DNA from: Acidobacteriota bacterium
GTDB taxonomy: Bacteria; Acidobacteriota; Thermoanaerobaculia; Gp7-AA8
NCBI GenBank assembly: GCA_019244185.1
Contig: JAFATB010000026.1
Location: 156,130-220,129, forward strand
DNA: 64,000 nucleotides
Reading direction: 5' to 3'
A program made the translations under genes and the position numbers. The notes under the pieces were generated by a model. It did no database searches. It was not told the DNA's origin and was given only the letters and a program-made list of their open reading frames with translations. Shown here in pieces: positions 56,535-64,000 of the stretch; the first letter of the stretch is position 1; each line of letters begins with the position of its first letter.

Positions 56535-57416
56535 ATGATCGAGCTCGCACAGCCGCAACTCCTCGCGCCGATTCCGCCGGTCGGGCGCTTTCTCACGTTC
56601 CGCATCGCGCCGGAAGCCGACGTGCGCGCGGCGCTCACGCAGCTGCGCGACGACTTCGCGCCCGACTGCGGCGTCGCCGGCATCGGCGAACCGGCGATCC
56701 TCGCCCTCGGCGCGCAGGTGCCCGGCCTGCGCACGTTTCCGGCGCTGTCGGGACCGGCGACGAGCGTGCCGTCGACGCAGCAGGCGTTGATGTTCTTCCT
56801 GCGCGGCCCCGACCGCGGCATCCTCTTCGACGCCACGCAGAAGATCCGCGAAATTGTCGGCGAGGCGTTCATCCTCGAAGACGTCAACGACACCTTCACG
56901 TATCACGGCGGCCGCGATCTCACGCGCTTCGAGGACGGCACCGAAAATCCGTGCGACGAGAAAGCGGTGGCCGCGGCGATCGTCGCGGACGGCGAGTCGA
57001 TGCGCGGCTCGAGCTTCGTCGCCGTGCAGCGCTGGGTCCACGACCTCGGCCGCTTCCACGGCTTCAGCGGCGAGCGGCGCAATCAGCTCATCGGCCGCGA
57101 CGCGGACACGAACGACGAGCTCGAAGATCCGCCGCCGTTCGCGCACATCAAACGCGCCGAGCAGGAAGCGTACGATCCGCCCGCGTTCATGGTGCGGCGC
57201 TCGATGCCGTGGGCGGGCGCGGAGCGCGAGGGGCTGGAGTTCGTCGCCTTCGTCGAGTCGCTCGACCGCTACGAGCGCGTGCTGCGCCGCATGACCGGCT
57301 GCGACGACGGCATCATCGACGGCCTCTTTCGCTTCTCGCGGCCGATCACCGGCGGCTACTACTGGTGCCCGCCCGTGCGCGACGGCAAGCTGAATCTGAC
57401 GCAGCTCGGGATCTGA
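56535..57416 (+). CDS. Dyp-type peroxidase
   Basis: FEDGTENP, VQRWVHD, proximal AHIKR, distal RRSMPW, GLEF. Confidence 0.92.
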   Translation: MIELAQPQLLAPIPPVGRFLTFRIAPEADVRAALTQLRDDFAPDCGVAGIGEPAILALGAQVPGLRTFPALSGPATSVPSTQQALMFFLRGPDRGILFDATQKIREIVGEAFILEDVNDTFTYHGGRDLTRFEDGTENPCDEKAVAAAIVADGESMRGSSFVAVQRWVHDLGRFHGFSGERRNQLIGRDADTNDELEDPPPFAHIKRAEQEAYDPPAFMVRRSMPWAGAEREGLEFVAFVESLDRYERVLRRMTGCDDGIIDGLFRFSRPITGGYYWCPPVRDGKLNLTQLGI

Positions 57417-57425
57417 GTCCCTCCG

Positions 57426-57884
57426 TCACCACCGAAAGAAGGCGGGATGCCCTTCCTTCACCGCCACGAACGTGCCGCGGCACGTCGCCGTGATCTTGCC
57501 GTTCGCCTCGAGCGTGGCTTCGACCGTCGCGCGGTCGTCCGCCGACTCGACGACATGCGCGCGGAGATGGAGCGTCGCGTCCATCGGCGTGGGGCGCTTG
57601 AGCGTCACGTGAAAGTCGGACGTCACCGTCGGCGGCAGCTCCGTCGCGTGCTGTTTCTTCATCAGATGCACGGCCGCGGTCCAGTTGCTGTGGCAGTCGA
57701 GGAGCGAGCCGATGATGCCGCCGTTGACGGTGCCTTCGAAGGCGAGGTGGTGCGGCTCCGGACGCCAGTCGCACACGAGCTCGTCGCCCTCTTCGAAGCT
57801 GCGGATGTGCAGCCCTTTCTCGTTCGCCGGCCCGCAGCCGAAGCAGCGGTTGTGCGGCGCATACGTCTCCTGCAGACTTTTCAT
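57426..57884 (-). CDS. PaaI/hotdog-fold thioesterase
   Basis: CFGCG..N..GL, NGGIIGSLLD, RPTP. Confidence 0.88.
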   Translation of the reverse strand: MKSLQETYAPHNRCFGCGPANEKGLHIRSFEEGDELVCDWRPEPHHLAFEGTVNGGIIGSLLDCHSNWTAAVHLMKKQHATELPPTVTSDFHVTLKRPTPMDATLHLRAHVVESADDRATVEATLEANGKITATCRGTFVAVKEGHPAFFRW

Positions 57885-58009
57885 GCGGGCATCCTACCTC
57901 CCGCGCGGCGGGCGCTGCTTTTTTGCGGAAGTGTGCGCGGGCTCACATCCGGGCAAATGGGTTTCCGTGGAGAATGCACCCCTCACAAATCGGTAGGAGG
58001 AAAGAACTC

Positions 58010-58825
58010 ATGCGCAGGATCCTGGCTGCGGTTTGCCTCGTCCTCGGGGCGACCGGTGCAATGGGACAGGTGATCACGTCGCTCGATCCCCCCAGCTTCA
58101 AGGCGAATAGCGGCGAATGGTTTTTGACTGCGAACGGCCGCTACGTCGGCGACACGTTCGTTTACAACGGTCCGGCCGGCACGTTCAAAGTCGATGCGAA
58201 CGCGGTCGACACCACGTTCTCGACCGCCTGGGTGCCGCTCGAAGTGCTCGCCAAGCCCGGCCTCTACACGCTCACCGTCGAAGGGCCGAACGGCACGACC
58301 GATCCGGTCGAGTTCAAGGTGACCTCGCCGCCGCGCGTGCCGAACCTCACGCTCGTGCTGCCCGAGACGCTCGTCGCCGCGGCGCGGACGACCAAGGGCA
58401 ACTACGTGAAGTACGACGTCACTGCCTTCGGCGGCAGCGTTTCCGACGCGGTGGTACGGTGCGATCCGGCCTCCGGTTCGTTCTTCTACACCGGCACGAA
58501 TCGCGTCAGCTGCACCGCGTCGAACAGCGCCGGCGAGACGGCCTCCGACGTCTTCACCATCAGCGTCATCGACGACGCGCCGACGATCCGGCTGCCGAAC
58601 GACATCGTGGTGCCGCCCGCCAGCGACCGCGGCACGTTCGTGAAGTACGACGTCACTGCCTACGACGACGTCGACGCCGCCGCGGTCCCGGTGAGCTGCA
58701 AGCCCGCCTCGGGCGAGCTGTTCCCGGTCGGCCTCACGTTCGTCGAATGCACCGCCTCCGACTCCGTCGGCAACGTCGCCTCCGCGTCGTTCAGCGTGAA
58801 CGTCACCGACGAGAAGCCGCGGTAA
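58010..58825 (+). CDS. Secreted Ig-like + two HYR-domain protein
   Basis: AGGAGG RBS, signal peptide, repeats C.PASG..F..G...V.CTA. Confidence 0.85.
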   Translation: MRRILAAVCLVLGATGAMGQVITSLDPPSFKANSGEWFLTANGRYVGDTFVYNGPAGTFKVDANAVDTTFSTAWVPLEVLAKPGLYTLTVEGPNGTTDPVEFKVTSPPRVPNLTLVLPETLVAAARTTKGNYVKYDVTAFGGSVSDAVVRCDPASGSFFYTGTNRVSCTASNSAGETASDVFTISVIDDAPTIRLPNDIVVPPASDRGTFVKYDVTAYDDVDAAAVPVSCKPASGELFPVGLTFVECTASDSVGNVASASFSVNVTDEKPR

Positions 58826-58862
58826 TCCTTCAGCGCCATTCGCTTCGAGAAAACGGCGGGCG

Positions 58863-59450
58863 TCATTGCCCGCCGTTTTCTTGTTCGCGCGCGAAGGCGA
58901 CGACCTCGGGGAAGAACTCGTCGAAGCGCCGCTCGAGCTCCGCGCGCGAGTCGGCGAGATGCCGCGCCGCCGTCTCGAGCCGCGGCCGTCGCGACAAGCG
59001 CCGCGAGATGCCCGCCAGCGCGCCGGCGATCCCCCCGATCTCGCGATACGAAAGGAGCCAGCCGTCGTCGCGCATGCGCGGATAGACGAAGCGCAGCCGC
59101 CCCGGCAGCAGTTCCTCGTGCGGATCGATGGCCGCATACGTCCGCGCGAGGAACGCCTCCAGCGGCTCGCCGCCCAGCTCGTCGAAGCGCACCGCGAGAA
59201 AGTGATCGAAGAAGACGTCGGCGATCACGCGCGCGTAGTGGCCGTGCTCCGGCGTGAGCACGCGGCGGAACGCGGCCACCGCGGGATGCGCGTCGGTGAA
59301 CGCGTCGATGCGCCGGTGCTTGCGAATCCCCGCGGCAATCGCGTGCGGAAAGCGATCGCCGAGCGGACCCTTCACGAAGTCGCCGGCGAGATTGCCGATG
59401 AGCGAATGAGGATCGGGTTCCGCGAGAAAAAGGTGTGCGAGATGGTTCAA
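58863..59450 (-). CDS. acpH: Acyl carrier protein phosphodiesterase
   Basis: TTG start with TTGA overlap; NHLAHL, GNLAGDFVKG, HRRIDAFTD, DVFFDHFLA. Confidence 0.9.
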   Translation of the reverse strand: MNHLAHLFLAEPDPHSLIGNLAGDFVKGPLGDRFPHAIAAGIRKHRRIDAFTDAHPAVAAFRRVLTPEHGHYARVIADVFFDHFLAVRFDELGGEPLEAFLARTYAAIDPHEELLPGRLRFVYPRMRDDGWLLSYREIGGIAGALAGISRRLSRRPRLETAARHLADSRAELERRFDEFFPEVVAFAREQENGGQ

Positions 59451-59977
59451 GCCGCCTGCGGCGCGGTCAGCGAGCCGAGGCTGCGCAGCGGGTCGCGCTT
59501 GGCCGGCCCGGCCACCAGCGTCATCACGAGATACGCGCCGCCTCCGACGATCGACCATACCACGAGGTCGGCGATGAACCAGCGCAGGAACGGCGGATTC
59601 ATCTGCTGCACGGTGAAGAGCTTCGAGCCGATCCAGTCGTTGATCACGTCGGCGAACGCGGAGATGCCGAGGAGAAGGAAGAGGGCGCGGAAACCCCAGG
59701 CGCGCTGGACGCGCCAGCCGACGAGAACGACCGCGCAGTAGATGAACGCCACCGCCATGTAGACGGGGCCGGGCGCGTGGCCGGAGGTCGTGTTGAGATA
59801 CGTCCACGCGCCGATCTTCTGCCCGACCATGTCCGCGAACATCCCCGCAATCGCGCCGGCCGCGCCGCCCACGACCGCGCTCACGAAGCGCTTTCCGGTG
59901 GCGCGCGTGAAGTACCCTGCGAGGAAGGCGGCGACGATTCCGGCGGCGTTCGCGAAAATAATCAGCAGAGGCGGCAT
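59447..59977 (-). CDS. Membrane protein
   Basis: About five hydrophobic segments; coupled to acpH. Confidence 0.7.
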   Translation of the reverse strand: MPPLLIIFANAAGIVAAFLAGYFTRATGKRFVSAVVGGAAGAIAGMFADMVGQKIGAWTYLNTTSGHAPGPVYMAVAFIYCAVVLVGWRVQRAWGFRALFLLLGISAFADVINDWIGSKLFTVQQMNPPFLRWFIADLVVWSIVGGGAYLVMTLVAGPAKRDPLRSLGSLTAPQAA

Positions 59978-59991
59978 AAAGGAAATATATC

Positions 59992-60483
59992 ATGAATACA
60001 GCTGAGGCACTCCGTCTTTTCGCCTATACGGAATGGGCGAACGCGCGCACGATCGACGTCATCCGTACGCTGAGCGAAGAACAGTACACGCGCGCCCTCG
60101 AGTCGAGCTTTCCGTCCATCCGCGACACCCTCGGCCACATCGTGCTCGTCGAGTGGGTCTGGCTGCGGCGGTGGAAAGGGGAGAGCCCGACCGCGCCGCC
60201 CGACGTCGACTACGCGCTCGATGCGCTCGTCGCGAAACTGCGCGAGGTCGAGGAAGAACGGCGCGCGTTCGTGGCGACGCTGACCGACGACGCGCTGGCG
60301 CAGCCGCTCTCGTATCGCGCCATCGACGGAGCGGCGTTCACGCAGATTCTCGGCGACCTCGTCACGCATCTCGTGAACCATTCGACGTACCACCGCGGGC
60401 AGCTCGCGACGCTCCTGCGGCAGGTTGGCGCGGCGCCTCCGTCGACTGATTTCGTGAAGTTCGTGCGAGAAACTTCGCACTGA
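59992..60483 (+). CDS. DinB family protein
   Basis: YTEWAN, SIRDTLGHI, HLVNHSTYHRGQ. Confidence 0.92.
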   Translation: MNTAEALRLFAYTEWANARTIDVIRTLSEEQYTRALESSFPSIRDTLGHIVLVEWVWLRRWKGESPTAPPDVDYALDALVAKLREVEEERRAFVATLTDDALAQPLSYRAIDGAAFTQILGDLVTHLVNHSTYHRGQLATLLRQVGAAPPSTDFVKFVRETSH

Positions 60484-60575
60484 ATAAATTTTCTTGCGTT
60501 CGTCCGGTGTTTCCGGCACTGTAATCGGTATCGTCGGTCCAAAGACGATCTAAAAAATCGAGTCTAGGAGCCCGG

Positions 60576-61823
60576 GTGACACGCACTGTCGTCCGTCTAG
60601 CCGTTGCTGTTTCGCTCGTCGTGGGCGCATCGCGGATGCGGGCGCAAGTGGTCCCGACGCACTGCGCGGAAGCGGAAGTCGCGCTCGACGCAACGCACAG
60701 CGTCTCGAAGCTCGAACGCTGCGACGACGGTGAGGCGACCGAGCTCCTCTGGTATCTCGACCGGATCGACCAGATCGGCGGCGCCCTCGACGGCCGCTTC
60801 GACCGCCGCAACACCGGCGGCGGCAGCGTGATCTACGTGATGGACACGGGCGTCCTCGCGACGCACGACGAGTTCAAAGGATCGACGCGGGGCACGCGCG
60901 TCATCGCCGGCTTCGACGCGACCTCGTCGCTCGACGTCGGCCGCTCGCTCTGCTCGAGCCCGAACAAGGCGCTCGAGCCGTGCTACGACGACTTCGACGA
61001 ACTGCCCACCGCCTCGCACGGCACGAGCGTCGCCTCCGTCGCCGCGGGCCGCAACATCGGCGTCGCGCCCGACGCGATGATCGTCAGCGTGCGCGTGATG
61101 AACGAGCGCGGCCTGGCCACGACGCGCACGTATCTCGACGGACTCGACGCGGTCGTCCGCCACGCCTGGGCGCCGACCTCGCCGAACGTCCGCACGTCCA
61201 TCGTGAACATCAGCGGCTGGGTGCTCGAGCGCCTCAACGGCACGAGCGCGCCGGCGTCGTCGGTGGTGTCATTCGCGACCGTGGAGGAGAAGATGCGCGC
61301 GATGATCAACGGCGTCGACGCGCAGGGCCGGCCCGATCCGAACGGCAAGCGCTTCCTCTTCGTCGTCGCGGCGAACAATGTCGACGGCGGCTGCGGCATC
61401 AACGGGATGATCGACCGCTTCCCGGCCATCCTCGGGCGCGACATCCCCGGCCTCATCACCGTCGGCGGCATGACCGCCACGAACGAGAACTGGAGCGGCA
61501 CCTGCCGCGGCGGCGTGGAAGTGCTCGCGCCCGCGCAGTCGATCTTCAGCGCCACGATCACCGCGCACGACGAGTACCGCGGCCGCCGCCCGAACCTCCG
61601 CAGCGGGACGTCGTTCGCCGCGCCGATCATCTCCGGCATCGCCGCGCGGCTGCTCTCCGAGCGCCCCGACCTCACGCCGCAGCAGCTCGAGTCGTGGATC
61701 ACCGCGACGCCCTCGCGCGTCTACGATCCGGACGTCCTCCTGGCCGACGGCAAGGTCGCCTACGTCCGCTCGATCGCGCCGGCCGCCGCGACGACGACCG
61801 CGCGCGCGACGCTCGGACCGTAG
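60576..61823 (+). CDS. S8 subtilisin-like serine protease (secreted)
   Basis: Triad VMDTG, HGTSVAS, GTSFAAP; AGGAG RBS. Confidence 0.9.
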   Translation: MTRTVVRLAVAVSLVVGASRMRAQVVPTHCAEAEVALDATHSVSKLERCDDGEATELLWYLDRIDQIGGALDGRFDRRNTGGGSVIYVMDTGVLATHDEFKGSTRGTRVIAGFDATSSLDVGRSLCSSPNKALEPCYDDFDELPTASHGTSVASVAAGRNIGVAPDAMIVSVRVMNERGLATTRTYLDGLDAVVRHAWAPTSPNVRTSIVNISGWVLERLNGTSAPASSVVSFATVEEKMRAMINGVDAQGRPDPNGKRFLFVVAANNVDGGCGINGMIDRFPAILGRDIPGLITVGGMTATNENWSGTCRGGVEVLAPAQSIFSATITAHDEYRGRRPNLRSGTSFAAPIISGIAARLLSERPDLTPQQLESWITATPSRVYDPDVLLADGKVAYVRSIAPAAATTTARATLGP

Positions 61824-61871
61824 CGGCGACAGCCGGGGAGCCGCGCACGACAAGCCGCGCACTCCCGAGCG

Positions 61872-62345
61872 TCACAGGCGTTCGATCGTTTCTACCCCGT
61901 GCTCCGCCCACAGCGACTGTGCCACGGAAGCAATCGCGGCGGGCGTCACCGATCCGCCGAACTGAGCCAGCCGCTTCAACATATCCTCGAAGAAATGTTC
62001 GAATCCGCCCGGAGTATATGTGCAGTGCCAGCGCAGGCCGCGTTCCGAGCTCGGGTTCCACCACCGAAACGCCACGCCTCGTGGCACTACGACGATGCCT
62101 CCAGTTCGTATGCGCTGCTCGCTTCCGTCGAGCTCCATCGCCACCTCTCCCTCTTCGACAAAGCCATACCAATCAACCTCGCGGTGCCGGTGGAGTACGG
62201 GCGGTGCCTGAAATCCGGGAGGTACTGCGATCTCAACGACCGAAAACGCTCCACCGGTGTCCTCGGCGCGAACGCGAATGGTCACGCGCGAGCCCATCAT
62301 CTGCAAAGTGGTACCGTCGCCAGCCTGCCGAACGAGATCTTGCAA
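61872..62345 (-). CDS. Cupin domain protein
   Basis: DTGGAFS, PVLHRH, VPRGV, TPGGFEHFF. Confidence 0.8.
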   Translation of the reverse strand: MQDLVRQAGDGTTLQMMGSRVTIRVRAEDTGGAFSVVEIAVPPGFQAPPVLHRHREVDWYGFVEEGEVAMELDGSEQRIRTGGIVVVPRGVAFRWWNPSSERGLRWHCTYTPGGFEHFFEDMLKRLAQFGGSVTPAAIASVAQSLWAEHGVETIERL

Positions 62346-62550
62346 TCTTTGTCTCCTGCCGATTGCATATCAAAATGCATTGGCGGTATGAGGCTGAGCA
62401 TCACAGCGCTCGCCATTGTGCGGGGTTCCGCCGCCGAGCCGGCGAATATCATCTCATTCGGCACGGCGGTCGCAGCCGCTGGAATGCACTTCGCGCGTGC
62501 TCGGCGGCGGCCGATCGCGCCGTGCCGGAGAATCGAGGTACTCTCCATCG

Positions 62551-63171
62551 GTGTATATCCGTAAGTCACACCGGCCTCGTAAGGCCGAGGACGTCGTCGA
62601 GTTTGTTCGCCGCCACGCTTTTGCGACCCTCGTCACCGCTTCATCCAGCGGGATCGTAGCGAGTCACCTACCGTTCCTGTTCGAGCCTTCACCCGGGGGC
62701 GACTATGGCGTTCTGTACGCCCATATGGCGCGGGCGAACGAACACGGTGAGCTCCTCTCGGCCGGCGGCGAATCGCTCGTGATTTTCACCGGGCCGCACG
62801 CGTACATTTCTCCGTCGTGGTACGCCGATCGCGCAACGGCTCCGACGTGGGACTACGTCGCCATTCACTGTTATGGCAGAACGCGAATCCATAATCCCGA
62901 AGAAGCCGAACGGAACGTAAGGCGCCTTGTCGATGCCATGGAAGCCGGCGGCCCCAATCGCTGGTCCATGAACGATCTGCCCTATCCTGAGATCCAGGCG
63001 ATGCTGCGGAATATCATCTCGTTCGAGATCTCCGTCAGCCGGATCGAAGCGAAATTCAAGTTGAATCAAGGCGAGAAGCCCGATCGCACCGCCGCCGCGA
63101 TCCAGGTGCTCGAAGGAAGCGGGCAAAGCGAACTTGCAGATTACATGAAGCGGTACAACGATCTGTTGTAA
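62551..63171 (+). CDS. PaiB-family FMN-binding negative transcriptional regulator
   Basis: VYI start, FATLVT, ASHLPF, HMARAN, GPHAYISPSWY, PTWDY, KFKLNQ. Confidence 0.9.
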   Translation: MYIRKSHRPRKAEDVVEFVRRHAFATLVTASSSGIVASHLPFLFEPSPGGDYGVLYAHMARANEHGELLSAGGESLVIFTGPHAYISPSWYADRATAPTWDYVAIHCYGRTRIHNPEEAERNVRRLVDAMEAGGPNRWSMNDLPYPEIQAMLRNIISFEISVSRIEAKFKLNQGEKPDRTAAAIQVLEGSGQSELADYMKRYNDLL

Positions 63172-63222
63172 GGGCCGGTTGCCGCGAATGACATTCGAAT
63201 GGATTCGCGAACCGCAACCGCT

Positions 63223-63864
63223 TCACACGAAATTTCGGCGGCGCCGTTTGCGCGGGCACGGCGGCCATTGCTCCGCGAATCCCGGCGCTTCCACCGGCGA
63301 GAACGTAAGCTCGCTGAGCTCTATGAGCTGACGCGCATCGCTGAGCGGCAGAAGTGCCCCACGATCGTAACGCAGCCGATACAGGGAAGCATCTTTCGAG
63401 TACAGGAGATCGCCTGATGCTGACCATTCGGCCCAATCGGTTCTACCGAGGTTGTGCGATACGACTCCGCTCGAGACAACAGCGTGTTCCGTCACGTACC
63501 AGGGACCATTCTTTTCTTTGAGGCCCTGGATTTCCATCCGTAGCGCGTACTGCTGCGGTGCGAGTGGATGGAGCTTTTCCCAAATGATTGGAGGATTAAA
63601 GGTGATCCAGACCTGCGCGTCGAAGTCGTCTTTCACGACGCGCCCTCCGCTCGCCAGCGTCCACCCGTCGCGCTCGAGCCGACTCGACCACACTGGGTTG
63701 TCTTCGCCCCAACCGGAACGGCTTCCGAAAGGCTGAATCTTTACGTGCCTCGGGACCCGAAAGCCTTTGGCAAGCTTCATCTCGTTGTCGCGATGATTCA
63801 GCGCAATGACGGTGGCATTTTCGAAGTGCCCACCGCCGCCCCAACCATCCCCTCGCGGATTCAC
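63223..63864 (-). CDS. Hypothetical protein, possibly 5'-truncated
   Basis: Protein-like composition (GWGGGG, RLERDGW, DWAEW) but begins abruptly, with an in-frame stop 14 codons upstream and no RBS. Confidence 0.5.
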   Translation of the reverse strand: MNPRGDGWGGGGHFENATVIALNHRDNEMKLAKGFRVPRHVKIQPFGSRSGWGEDNPVWSSRLERDGWTLASGGRVVKDDFDAQVWITFNPPIIWEKLHPLAPQQYALRMEIQGLKEKNGPWYVTEHAVVSSGVVSHNLGRTDWAEWSASGDLLYSKDASLYRLRYDRGALLPLSDARQLIELSELTFSPVEAPGFAEQWPPCPRKRRRRNFV

Positions 63865-64000
63865 AGAACAAATGCAACAACGCGTTCCGTGAGAGAGGGC
63901 GATCTAGAACACTGACGAAAATCTTCCGGCAAGAAGGTCTCGCAGTGCGCTTTCACCAGATCACCCTCGCCGAGCGGTATACGCTGGCCACGCTCCGCAA

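Noticed and set aside
57380-57416. Encapsulin cargo-loading peptide on the Dyp peroxidase
   Set aside because: The C-terminus DGKLNLTQLGI lacks the GSLxIGSL pattern and a linker, and no encapsulin gene is adjacent.

Overview
High-GC bacterial chromosomal window. The gene families (acidobacterial-type VWA triplet, Oar-like TonB receptor, exosortase H, TPR sulfatase-like proteins) suggest Acidobacteriota, probably Thermoanaerobaculia; this is inference. It holds about 55 credible CDSs, a tRNA-Phe and a c-di-AMP (ydaO) riboswitch with its promoter and terminator. No transposase, integrase or CRISPR array was seen. Main points: (1) a translationally coupled operon of DHH phosphoesterase, Calx-beta autotransporter, secreted Sel1-caspase with catalytic Cys replaced by Ser, and Ser/Thr kinase-TM-caspase with an intact dyad, which looks like a trans-envelope caspase/pseudocaspase signalling system; (2) a coupled operon of glycosyltransferase, 2OG-Fe(II) hydroxylase, possible Nmad2/PUA-like protein and MurL-like PP-loop enzyme, just downstream of an EF-P with Asn at its tip; (3) the riboswitch heading a 15 kb TonB receptor / TPR / two Thr-nucleophile sulfatase-like / three mosaic VWA locus; (4) an S41 protease lacking its catalytic Ser, back-to-back sigma54 promoters, LytTR boxes, widespread leaderless gene starts and one frameshift in a (CG)5 run. 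All family calls come from motif recognition by eye, not database searches.
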